Origin: Aquiflexum sp.
Lineage (GTDB): Bacteria; Bacteroidota; Bacteroidia; Cytophagales; Cyclobacteriaceae
Length of the DNA: 64,000 nucleotides
Reading direction: 5' to 3'
Assembly (NCBI RefSeq): GCF_041751335.1
Contig: NZ_JBGSXS010000138.1
Span: 6,505 to 70,504, forward strand
In this document: piece after piece, positions 29,889-39,293 of the stretch
Layout of the letters: each line of letters opens with the position of its first letter
Position numbering within the stretch: position 1 is the stretch's first letter
Notes under the pieces: generated by a model
Databases searched by the model: none
Told to the model about the DNA's origin: nothing
The model's input: the letters and a program-made list of their open reading frames with translations, nothing else
Position numbers and translations under genes: made by a program

Positions 29889-29919
29889 ACAGAAAATAAA
29901 CTCTTTTTTATATTTGTAC

Positions 29920-31728
29920 ATGATGCAAGCCTCGTCTTATGCTGTTGAAGAGCACCACAATCTCCCTGATTTACCTGGAGTTTATAAATATTACAATCTA
30001 GAAAATGAACTGATCTACGTAGGAAAGGCCAAGAGCCTCAAAAAAAGAGTCAGCAGTTATTTTTTGAAAAATACAGGAGTCAACTATAAGACCAAAAGAA
30101 TGGTCAGGGAAATCCGAAAGATTGAAATAACCATTGTAGACAACGAATTTGATGCGCTGCTGCTAGAAAACAACCTGATCAAAAAAACACAGCCAAGATA
30201 CAATATACTGCTGAAGGATGACAAGACTTATCCTTATTTATTGCTGACCAATGAGCCTTTTCCAAGAATCTACCCTACTAGAAAAATGATTCCTGGGAGA
30301 GGCTCTTTTTATGGTCCCTTCGCCAGTGTGAAGGCCATGAACAATGTGCTGGAGCTTATCAGAAGCATATTTACTATACGCACATGCAGGTTGGACCTCA
30401 GCCCCACGAAAATCCGTGATCAGAAATATAAAGTATGTCTGGAATACCATCTTGGCAACTGTCTAGGGCCTTGTGAAGGTCTCCAATCAGAACCTGATTA
30501 TCTCAATGAAATTGAGCAGGCCAAAAACATATTGAAAGGAAATATGGGTGTTGCCAAGACTTATTTCAAAAAAAACATGCAAGATGCTGCCGAAAATCTG
30601 GCATTCGAACGTGCACAGTACTTCAAAAACAAATTGGAATTATTGGAAAAATACCATGCCAAATCGCTCATTACCAATCCATCTATCAGTAACTTGGATG
30701 TTTTTGGTATTGAAACAGATGATAAAACAGCTTATGTAAACTACCTGAAAATTATAAATGGTGCTGTGATCATTACCAAAACTGTAGAGTTACGGAAAAA
30801 ATTGGATGAAACAGAAGCAAAGTTATTGCTGACGGCGATTGTAAGACTTAGAGATCAGTTCAATAGTGATGCCCAAGAAATCATTGCCAATATACCATTA
30901 GATGAGGAATTTGAAGGTTTCAATTTTTCTGTTCCAAAAATCGGTGACAAAAAGAAATTGTTAGAGCTCTCGTTGAAAAATGCCAAATACTACAAAAAGG
31001 AAAAATTACTGGCATCAGGTGATGTAAGTGACAAAAAATTCAGGGTATTGAAACAGCTTCAGTCTGACCTTTCACTCAAGGAGATGCCAGACCATATAGA
31101 ATGCTTTGACAATTCCAATATTCAGGGTACAAATTCAGTTGCAAGTATGGTCTGCTTCTTAAACGGAAAGCCGGCCGTCAAAGAGTATAGACATTACCAT
31201 ATCAAAACGGTCATAGGTGCCAATGACTTCGCCAGTATGACAGAAGTAGTTGGAAGAAGGTATCAGCGATTGATTGAAGAAGAAAAACCACTACCAAAAC
31301 TAATCGTAATCGATGGAGGAAAAGGGCAACTCTCTTCTTCTGTAGAGGCGCTTAAAGAATTAAACATTTATGGAAAGATTCCTATCATAGGCATTGCCAA
31401 GCGCTTGGAGGAAATATATTTTCCTGAAGATCAGTTCCCCATCCATATAGACAAAAAATCAGAATCCCTGAGATTGATACAAAGGATAAGAGATGAAGCC
31501 CACAGATTTGCTATCACTTTCCACAGGCAGGTCAGGAGCAAAAATGCTATTGGTTCTAAACTGACTGATATTGAAGGAATAGGTGAGAACACTGCAGGAA
31601 AACTGCTGAGCAAATTCAAATCTCTCAAGAAAATACGTGAATCCACGCTTGAGGAAATATCAAGCATCGTGGGAAAAGATAAGGCAGAAAAGGTTTACGA
31701 TGCATTAAAGGAAAAAAAGAGCGGTTGA
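29920..31728 (+). CDS. uvrC: Excinuclease ABC subunit C
   Basis: GIY-YIG (PGVY...YVGKAK), ECFDNS, IDGGKGQ, RDEAHRFA, HhH. Start moved downstream of the terminator. Confidence 0.97.
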   Translation: MMQASSYAVEEHHNLPDLPGVYKYYNLENELIYVGKAKSLKKRVSSYFLKNTGVNYKTKRMVREIRKIEITIVDNEFDALLLENNLIKKTQPRYNILLKDDKTYPYLLLTNEPFPRIYPTRKMIPGRGSFYGPFASVKAMNNVLELIRSIFTIRTCRLDLSPTKIRDQKYKVCLEYHLGNCLGPCEGLQSEPDYLNEIEQAKNILKGNMGVAKTYFKKNMQDAAENLAFERAQYFKNKLELLEKYHAKSLITNPSISNLDVFGIETDDKTAYVNYLKIINGAVIITKTVELRKKLDETEAKLLLTAIVRLRDQFNSDAQEIIANIPLDEEFEGFNFSVPKIGDKKKLLELSLKNAKYYKKEKLLASGDVSDKKFRVLKQLQSDLSLKEMPDHIECFDNSNIQGTNSVASMVCFLNGKPAVKEYRHYHIKTVIGANDFASMTEVVGRRYQRLIEEEKPLPKLIVIDGGKGQLSSSVEALKELNIYGKIPIIGIAKRLEEIYFPEDQFPIHIDKKSESLRLIQRIRDEAHRFAITFHRQVRSKNAIGSKLTDIEGIGENTAGKLLSKFKSLKKIRESTLEEISSIVGKDKAEKVYDALKEKKSG

Positions 31729-31739
31729 AACCGCTCTTT
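31716..31739. terminator. Bidirectional terminator between uvrC and gldN
   Basis: AAAGAGCGGT-TGAA-ACCGCTCTTT, overlapping the uvrC stop codon. Confidence 0.8.
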
Positions 31740-31745
31740 AATTTT

Positions 31746-32564
31746 TTACCATTCCCAAAGTCCGTTTTCGAAATCGAGAAGTTTATATTCAAATTCAAGA
31801 GAATTTAAAAATGCTTGCAATTCAGGATTGGGATGGTCAGATTTAACCAAATCCGCAATATAAGCATTGTCGGGATTTGTATATCTTCTGACAATTGATC
31901 TAAATAACCTTTGATCGAATACCTGATCATAAGTAAGTACTTTTGCAGTATTTTGGAAAATCAACCATTTGGCTTCAGGATGATCCATGAAATGATTGTA
32001 AAAATCCTTAAATCTGATATATCCTATCGTCTTTTGTCCTGCATTTGCATTGGTCTGCGAAGGCATCACCAGCTCAATGTATTTCACATCGAATTTGATC
32101 TGTGAATGGTGCTTGTCAAACACAAAATCTTCCATGAAATCCAAGTAATACAATTGCTTTACAAAGATACTATCCCCATTAGCTGCGATCCAGAAATTCT
32201 CCTGAAACTCCGCAATGGACAAAGGTCTTGTAAATTTATCGTCTCCGAATACTTCCAAAGCATTGTCCTCAACTATGGCTTTATAGATATGGTTGACTAT
32301 ACCATCATTTTTGGTATCACCTGATCCGTAAAGCGGTTGATTGTACTTTTCTCTAAGGTCGATCCTTCTCCAGACAGCCAATTGATACATCTTATCGTCT
32401 TCCCTGATAGGATGTGCCGAAAAAATGGTGTCTTTTTTAAACTGTCTGTCTCCGTAAGAAGATGGATTGACACTGGTGGCGCCTTGTCCTCTTGCATCTA
32501 AGCCTAGGATTATCACACAAAGCGATAATAGACCAATGAATTTAGTATGAAGTTTCATATTCAT
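31746..32564 (-). CDS. gldN: Gliding motility/T9SS protein GldN (PorN)
   Basis: IREDD...VWRRIDLREKYNQP, EDFVFDK and a C-terminal FE..LWEW; follows gldM. Confidence 0.9.
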   Translation of the reverse strand: MNMKLHTKFIGLLSLCVIILGLDARGQGATSVNPSSYGDRQFKKDTIFSAHPIREDDKMYQLAVWRRIDLREKYNQPLYGSGDTKNDGIVNHIYKAIVEDNALEVFGDDKFTRPLSIAEFQENFWIAANGDSIFVKQLYYLDFMEDFVFDKHHSQIKFDVKYIELVMPSQTNANAGQKTIGYIRFKDFYNHFMDHPEAKWLIFQNTAKVLTYDQVFDQRLFRSIVRRYTNPDNAYIADLVKSDHPNPELQAFLNSLEFEYKLLDFENGLWEW

Positions 32565-32599
32565 TTTATTTAGGGGCAATACCCGAAGGCATTGTCCAA

Positions 32600-34207
32600 T
32601 TATTTAATTACTATCCTGTAGATTTCAGGACTCGCCAAGTTAGTCTTAATCTTATTTTGACGGAAATTGGTTCTTGTTACTTCCGTCACCCTCACAATCA
32701 GGTTATCTCCAGTTCTAGCTGCAGCCAATAGATTTCTGATAGCTACATTTTTCCCTGAAATATTTACCCTTTCACGTGGCACATCATTTCTTAAGAGAAT
32801 CACCTCTCCGCCTGTAATTTCGAAATTTGCATCCCTAGCCATCGTCCTACCGAAAGTTGGTTCAGGAATAGCTTCTACAATCAAAGTTGAAGGTCCTGGA
32901 GCTGGATATGGAACACTTAAGTCAATTGCGCCTCTTCCATCAAACAAACGGATTGTAGGAGCAGGAACTGGCTTAATATCATACGAAACATCTCCGATTT
33001 TATTGCCTCCACTGCTAACGCCGATGTTTACTTTCCCAGAACTTCCCGGAATCACAGTCAGCTGCCCGGGTCTACTACCTTGAATAGAGGTACCGTTAGA
33101 TACCGTGAAACTTGGAGCATATGAATTACCCAATGCGGGCACATCAATCAAAAGATCATTGGCGCAATCAGCATACAGTTGGTTGACTACTTCTGAAGTA
33201 ACCTTGATTATCGGCTGGGCAACGTAGTATTCATACTCAACAGGAAGCACTTTAGTTTCTCCTCCAACATTGGTGGTAATTTCACCTTTAAGGATTCTTT
33301 TGGCCAAACCTCTATCGTCATATTGACTAGCAGGTTGTGCTGTGAATTCTATTTTACCAAAACCGTTTTCGACAGGAACTGCTCTTCCATCAATCGTCAT
33401 CTCCGGAGCATCCGAAGAAGATGATGAGGCAATAAACATGTCTCCTTGGAATTTAGTGCCTGCTGCTACTACATTGGATAGGGCTGCAACTCGTGCTTCA
33501 ACAATATCAGCTTTAAAATAAAATGAACCAATTGAAGTAGTTATGGCAGACAATGCCTCACTTTCAATGTTCAAAACTTCATTTTGATATTGTGAAATCA
33601 ATGCCATTACTGCACCAACAGGAGATTTCACGAAATTAAGATTCACAAAGTTTTTATTCCTTGCTTCTGAATCATTCTGGAAAATCTCAATATCCTTAGC
33701 ATCCTTAGCGATATCCCCAAAAGACATATCAATTCCAAGGTCATTCAATATTTTCGAAATTTCAACAGGGTAAGTATTGAGCCTTTCCTGCATTTCAAAC
33801 CCTTTCCTGTTGTTGTTGAAGATATTACCAGGAACATCGGTATTCTTTAAAGATGAACTCCTGAACTGACCTTTTTCGTCTCTGGCATTGGAAGTTTCAA
33901 TCAATTCCTGTTTTAAACTTTCCAGGTAATTGAAGATATCAGCAGTTTTACTTCTGACTTCTTGCGAAGCAGCAACCTTAGGAACATCACGGGGATTATT
34001 TCCTTGTTGTTCAACGGTATTCTCTATAGTAGATACCATGAACATATTCTTATTGACGTAGTTTTTTGAGGTTCTCTCCAAACCGTCATTCAATAGCACA
34101 AACTTTTGAAGGATCTGATTACTTACCTGCAAAGCCAGCAAAGCTGTCAATACAAGGTACATCATTCCTATCATCCGTTGCCTTGGTGTTTCTTTTCCTC
34201 CAGCCAT
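32600..34207 (-). CDS. gldM: Gliding motility/T9SS motor protein GldM (PorM)
   Basis: MAGGKETPRQRMIGMMYLVLTALLALQVS. Confidence 0.96.
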   Translation of the reverse strand: MAGGKETPRQRMIGMMYLVLTALLALQVSNQILQKFVLLNDGLERTSKNYVNKNMFMVSTIENTVEQQGNNPRDVPKVAASQEVRSKTADIFNYLESLKQELIETSNARDEKGQFRSSSLKNTDVPGNIFNNNRKGFEMQERLNTYPVEISKILNDLGIDMSFGDIAKDAKDIEIFQNDSEARNKNFVNLNFVKSPVGAVMALISQYQNEVLNIESEALSAITTSIGSFYFKADIVEARVAALSNVVAAGTKFQGDMFIASSSSSDAPEMTIDGRAVPVENGFGKIEFTAQPASQYDDRGLAKRILKGEITTNVGGETKVLPVEYEYYVAQPIIKVTSEVVNQLYADCANDLLIDVPALGNSYAPSFTVSNGTSIQGSRPGQLTVIPGSSGKVNIGVSSGGNKIGDVSYDIKPVPAPTIRLFDGRGAIDLSVPYPAPGPSTLIVEAIPEPTFGRTMARDANFEITGGEVILLRNDVPRERVNISGKNVAIRNLLAAARTGDNLIVRVTEVTRTNFRQNKIKTNLASPEIYRIVIK

Positions 34208-34246
34208 ATTATTTCACAAAAAGATTAAACATTGTTTTAACTAGGC

Positions 34247-35047
34247 TTAACCTTTCATGGCTGTTAGCATTCCACCATATATTTTATTGAGTGAGCTCAC
34301 GTTTTGGTTGAGTTTGGCCAATTCGTTTTTGAACTGATCAGTTTCTTTACCTGCTTCATTGAGGCCTTCCATAGCCGTGGAAATATTGGCATAGAACTTA
34401 TTCAATGTTTTCAAGTGGGTCTGTGCATCCAATAATTCCATTTCGTAGACATTATTGAGTGCTGAGAGGTTTTTAGTCACCGTTACCACTTGACTGTGGT
34501 ATTCCTTAGCATCAGTAGAGGCATTTGAAAGCTCAGTAAGTGCCATTGCTGTTTTACCGTAAGATTGGTTAATATCCACCAAAGTCTTGGAAGCAGTTTT
34601 TACATTTGTCGCATATTCATTGGTAGCTACTGCTGCATCTGCAAGCGAGCCCATTCTTTCAGCAGAGGTTGCGAGATTCTGCATTCCTTTGCCCAAGCTA
34701 TCCAACAAATCAGGACCAATTTTAGCATTGGAAAGCATATCATCAAATTTCTGGGTGATGTTTTCTTTTGGCTCTTTTTTGGATGATTTAGCCGCTTCAA
34801 GTTCTTCACCTGCCAATTCAGGATAGACCTTTGACCAGTCTATTTCTTCGTGTTTTGGTTCAAATGCAGATAAGAAAAATATCAGTGCTTCTGTCGTAAG
34901 ACCGACACCGATCATTAAACTAGCTCCTTGCCAGTCTAGAATTTTAAACATTGCACCAAGGATTACAATTGATGCACCGATACCGTATATCATGGGCATG
35001 ATATCACCGTAGAATTTGTGTTTAAAGGAATTTTTGTTCTTTGCCAT
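34247..35047 (-). CDS. gldL: Gliding motility/T9SS motor protein GldL (PorL)
   Basis: YGIGASIVILGAMFKI...TEALIFFLSAF; C-terminal YGGMLTAM. Confidence 0.96.
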   Translation of the reverse strand: MAKNKNSFKHKFYGDIMPMIYGIGASIVILGAMFKILDWQGASLMIGVGLTTEALIFFLSAFEPKHEEIDWSKVYPELAGEELEAAKSSKKEPKENITQKFDDMLSNAKIGPDLLDSLGKGMQNLATSAERMGSLADAAVATNEYATNVKTASKTLVDINQSYGKTAMALTELSNASTDAKEYHSQVVTVTKNLSALNNVYEMELLDAQTHLKTLNKFYANISTAMEGLNEAGKETDQFKNELAKLNQNVSSLNKIYGGMLTAMKG

Positions 35048-35097
35048 AATAAATAAAAGTAAAGAGTTTAGAGTGATTAAGTTTAGAGTTGTTTTTT

Positions 35098-36192
35098 TTA
35101 CCTTTTCCTTCTTCTATTGTTGTTCACATTCATAGAGCCGGATCTTCCTAAATAGGTCATTGTTGTTCTGAATCCAATATGTGCAGTTTTTACATCCTGG
35201 AATTCATAAGTTCTTGTACTTGTTTCCAAGTAGTGAGCGATGTCTTTCCAAGATCCACCTCTTACTACTTTTCTTTTTTCATTCGGGTTATCATACTTAG
35301 GATCCAAATCCCAAGTCAATGCACCTCCAACTGGACTGTAAGCGTCCAATACCCATTCGGCTACGTTGCCTGACATGTTGTACAATCCAAATCCATTCGG
35401 AGCAAATACATCAACCGGCGCAGTGTAAGCGAATCCGTCATCAATGTAATTTCCTCTACCTGGTTTGAAATTGGCCATGAGGCATCCTCTTTTGTTTTTC
35501 AGATAAGGACCGCCCCAAGGATACTTGGCCACTTCCTTACCGCCTTTTGCAGCGTACTCCCATTCTGCCTCTGTTGGTAACCTGAATTGAGGATAATCGA
35601 AATCAGATTTGTCATTGGCATTTAGATGATAAGTTCTCCACTGGCAATACATGTGTGCCTGCTCCCAGCTTACACCAACTACGGGATAGTTGTCAAAAGC
35701 TGGATGGTCAAAATAGAACTCCATCAAAGGATCTCCATAATGGAAAGTAAAACTGGTGTTCCAAACGGTAGAGTCAGGAAGTACCTCATCCAGATTGAAC
35801 TGGGGAGGATCTTTCAATGTAGTCGGAGTACTGTAGGTATATTCACCTAACCTTACGGCTTCTACAAATTGCCTGTACTTGTTGTTGGACACCTCGTACT
35901 TATCCATGTAAAATTCCGAGATGGTAATCTGTTTGTTTAAAGAAGACTGCGTGAATGCAATATCCTCATCAGCCTGACCCATCCAAAAAGTCCCTGCCTT
36001 TACGGGCACCATGTCCTTAGGCAAAACTTGCTGCCAAATGACTCTCTTCGGAACACCAGTTACTTCTCCCCGTCTGTTGTCTTTTTCACTGGCTGAACCC
36101 TTCTTGCCTAAAAGTCCACAACTTGGCAGAACTGCTACTACCAAAAGGGCTAAAATCAAGGTGAAAATGCGTGAATTCATTTTTCTAGACAT
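35098..36192 (-). CDS. gldK: Gliding motility lipoprotein GldK (PorK)
   Basis: Lipobox; FGE-sulfatase fold motifs YPVVGVSW, RLPTEAEWEYAA and RGGSW; upstream of gldL. Confidence 0.92.
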   Translation of the reverse strand: MSRKMNSRIFTLILALLVVAVLPSCGLLGKKGSASEKDNRRGEVTGVPKRVIWQQVLPKDMVPVKAGTFWMGQADEDIAFTQSSLNKQITISEFYMDKYEVSNNKYRQFVEAVRLGEYTYSTPTTLKDPPQFNLDEVLPDSTVWNTSFTFHYGDPLMEFYFDHPAFDNYPVVGVSWEQAHMYCQWRTYHLNANDKSDFDYPQFRLPTEAEWEYAAKGGKEVAKYPWGGPYLKNKRGCLMANFKPGRGNYIDDGFAYTAPVDVFAPNGFGLYNMSGNVAEWVLDAYSPVGGALTWDLDPKYDNPNEKRKVVRGGSWKDIAHYLETSTRTYEFQDVKTAHIGFRTTMTYLGRSGSMNVNNNRRRKR

Positions 36193-36311
36193 AAATTACA
36201 TATAATGAGTTGTTAAATAACTTGTCCATTTTTCAATAGGAACAAGAGCGAAAAGTAAAGTAAATTCTTAGAAATACACAAATTTAATTTACCAATTTCT
36301 ATATTTTTTTT

Positions 36312-37283
36312 TTAAAACCTGAATCTTGGAGTCCTTTGAATTGTCCTTTGGAACTCTTTTGTTACGTCCGGCAATACATAAGATAACATGAACTCATGAC
36401 TGGTTGGAGATTTGGCTTCTATACCACTTACTACCAAGTCAAATGCATATCCTATTCTAAGTGAATTGTCTTTAAGAAGGCTATATCCTGTAATCAAGGA
36501 AACCGATTCTTCTCCTCTAAACGCCAAACCCGCACTTACTTTTTGATTGTATGTCGCTATAACGCTGACATCGTAGGAAAAATTATTAAAAGAGACAGTT
36601 TTCAATAAAATACTTGGCTCAAAATCCCAAAGCGCAAATGTTCTTATCCTATAACCTAACATCAGGTAAGAATGATTCTTTAATTGGTTTTCCAATGCAC
36701 CCTCCCCAAAATCAAAGCCCGGTTCATTGATATGGCGGCTGCTCAAGGCCATATAATACTTTCCTCTATCATAAATAACTCCTGCACCATAATTGATGTT
36801 CATCTGAGTCTCGGAACCTGATTGAGGAAGTCTTGGGTCTTCATTTACAGTTCTTAGGTCTTCATAATTTAATGTACTTGAATAAATACCACCCATGGCA
36901 CCGAAGCTTAATGTTCCCATCCTTAACCTTTTGTGATATGCCAAAGAAAGATTCACTTCCTGATTGGTGGTAGGTCCTATGTTATCATTAACAAAATTAA
37001 GGCCAACTCCCAATTTTAACTTTTCTATTGCAGCCTGAGCGGAAACTAATTGGGTTATCGGGGGATTACCATTGTTGCCCGAGTAATTCAACCATTGTGA
37101 TCTGTGAAGAGCAGAAAACCTATAGCCCCCATCTTTTCCGGCAAAGGCTGGATTAAAATATGTGCTATTATACATATACTGTGTGAATTGGGCATCTTGC
37201 TGCCCGTCTGCCTCCAAAAACAAAAAACAACTTGATATGAATACCAAGAGATACTTCAGGAAATTGAACTCAAGCTTAACCAT
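36312..37283 (-). CDS. porP: PorP/SprF family T9SS outer-membrane protein
   Basis: QQDAQFTQYM...NPAFAG, HRSQW, GYAFD, SHEFMLSY, C-terminal TPRF. Confidence 0.9.
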   Translation of the reverse strand: MVKLEFNFLKYLLVFISSCFLFLEADGQQDAQFTQYMYNSTYFNPAFAGKDGGYRFSALHRSQWLNYSGNNGNPPITQLVSAQAAIEKLKLGVGLNFVNDNIGPTTNQEVNLSLAYHKRLRMGTLSFGAMGGIYSSTLNYEDLRTVNEDPRLPQSGSETQMNINYGAGVIYDRGKYYMALSSRHINEPGFDFGEGALENQLKNHSYLMLGYRIRTFALWDFEPSILLKTVSFNNFSYDVSVIATYNQKVSAGLAFRGEESVSLITGYSLLKDNSLRIGYAFDLVVSGIEAKSPTSHEFMLSYVLPDVTKEFQRTIQRTPRFRF

Positions 37284-37357
37284 GCATAAATAAAATAATC
37301 TTTTAAAACCCTATTCTACACAATTAAACTGATTTTCACCATAAAAGATTGTAAGAA

Positions 37358-38131
37358 TTACAAATTATTTGCCTTTTTTATATAAAGCTCCAAAGCCCCG
37401 GTCATACTAGGTGCATTTGGCATGGGTGCTTCGATATCTAAAATTAGACCTTGATCCCTTACTTCCTGTGCCGTGGTCGGACCAAAAGCAGCTATTCTGG
37501 TATTATTCTGTTGAAAGTCAGGGAAGTTGTGTTTGAGTGATTTAATACCCGATGGGCTAAAAAAAGCAAGAATATCATATTTAATATCTCTCAAATCATT
37601 CAAATCTGCTGCAACTGTATGATATATTATGGCCTCAGTGAATGCAATATTCATTTTGGTCATATAATCCGGTATCTCCGCTTTTCTAATATCAGAGCAA
37701 GGAAAAAGATATTTTTCGGATTTATGTTTTTTGAAATAATCAAACAAATCTGTGGCTGTCTTCTGACCTACAAAAAGCTTTCTCTTCCTGATGACAATAT
37801 ATTTTTGTAGGTAATGGGCTGTTTGATCGGAAATACAAAAATACTTCATGTCCGCCGGCATCTCTATTTTCAGTTCTTTACAAATGGTAAAAAAGTGATC
37901 AATTGCATTCCTACTGGTAAAAATGACCGCAGTATGTTTTAAGATATCTATTTTCTGCCTCCTGAAATCTTTTACTTTAACAGGTTCCACCTGGATGAAA
38001 GGCCTAAAATCTATTTTCAAATTATATTTTCCGGCCAACTGAAAATAGGGTGATTTTTCATCTGTCGGCTTTGGCTGTGAAACTAAAATACTCCTTACCG
38101 GATTGAATCTGTCTTTTGTAGATTTAGTCAT
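37358..38131 (-). CDS. hemD: Uroporphyrinogen-III synthase
   Basis: ILVSQP, FTSRNA, FFSPSG and AAFGPTT. Confidence 0.88.
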   Translation of the reverse strand: MTKSTKDRFNPVRSILVSQPKPTDEKSPYFQLAGKYNLKIDFRPFIQVEPVKVKDFRRQKIDILKHTAVIFTSRNAIDHFFTICKELKIEMPADMKYFCISDQTAHYLQKYIVIRKRKLFVGQKTATDLFDYFKKHKSEKYLFPCSDIRKAEIPDYMTKMNIAFTEAIIYHTVAADLNDLRDIKYDILAFFSPSGIKSLKHNFPDFQQNNTRIAAFGPTTAQEVRDQGLILDIEAPMPNAPSMTGALELYIKKANNL

Positions 38132-38171
38132 CGTTTTACGCTTCTCCTTTTGATTACTGTTCTCTATTCAT

Positions 38172-39290
38172 TCACCCAATGATAACTTTGCTAAGTATCA
38201 GAAAGGGGACAATTTCCGCGGTGCAAATGTAAACAAATAAATGGTAATTTTTAAAGTTGAGCCTATTCGACATAATTATAAATAGCATTACTACTCCAAT
38301 TAAATAAATCCAAAAGAATCCATACAAAAGATATTTGATGATCATTTCAAGTTCAAAAAAGTCATTTAACAGTACAAAACTCACCATAAATGCAATGCTG
38401 AAGGTAGATATTGAAATGATCCTGAACAGGTAAAAAAAATGGGCATTGACAATTTTCCCAAGCTCAAAGAAAAATGCCAACACCCTCAGAAATGCAAATT
38501 TTAGTACTGCCAACAAGATCAAAAATCCAGATCCGAACAACCAATTAAGAAACAACTGATTAAGATCTCCATTCACAAGAACTATCAGATTTTCCCTATC
38601 CAGAAATTTGATAAACATCATTCCCAATAGAAATGCCAGCATATTGACAATCAAAAGGTAGAATATTACATCCAATGCAAAAAATTTCTGGAGTGAGTTG
38701 GATTCTGAAAAATCCTCTGCTGAAAACACCGCCGCGGGCATGATGATCAGCTTGAGGACAAGCGGATAAATCATTTTATAAATAGCCAAAAGAAACAGTA
38801 TTGTCAAAAGGGCAAAAAAGAAAAAATCATTAAAATCATTTTTCTCCCTTTTCTCGGGCAATTGACTTTTCAGGCTATCCCCACTAATAGGTTTGACCAA
38901 TTTTTCAAAAAACCCCTTTTGAATCGAGACTGCTTCAGGGTCTATACCATTTTTGATGATGCTCAAAACTACTTCTCCCTCGGGTGTACCCTCTAAGATT
39001 TTTTCAAGTTCAGATGAAGGAACAATCAGGGTGGTATCCACTGCTGCATAAAACCAAAGTCTCCCATCCAAAAACATGGTTGATTCTTTGGGAAAACTAA
39101 ATCTAAAACTGCTTTTAGGAAATGATTGAAGGTCAACTTTTATATCAAGAGCTGAATAGGACCGTGCTTTTCTTTGGGGGTAAAGTTCTTGAATTTTGGA
39201 GTTGTAATTTTCCAATATTTGGGAAAATCCATCCACAGAACAGAAAAGAAGACAAAAACCTAAGACCAACTTATAAAAATTTCCCTTCAT
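38172..39290 (-). CDS. DUF4271-like membrane protein
   Basis: C-terminal multi-TM region ending HLFVYICTAEIVP; upstream of hemD. Confidence 0.75.
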   Translation of the reverse strand: MKGNFYKLVLGFCLLFCSVDGFSQILENYNSKIQELYPQRKARSYSALDIKVDLQSFPKSSFRFSFPKESTMFLDGRLWFYAAVDTTLIVPSSELEKILEGTPEGEVVLSIIKNGIDPEAVSIQKGFFEKLVKPISGDSLKSQLPEKREKNDFNDFFFFALLTILFLLAIYKMIYPLVLKLIIMPAAVFSAEDFSESNSLQKFFALDVIFYLLIVNMLAFLLGMMFIKFLDRENLIVLVNGDLNQLFLNWLFGSGFLILLAVLKFAFLRVLAFFFELGKIVNAHFFYLFRIISISTFSIAFMVSFVLLNDFFELEMIIKYLLYGFFWIYLIGVVMLFIIMSNRLNFKNYHLFVYICTAEIVPFLILSKVIIG

Positions 39291-39293
39291 CTT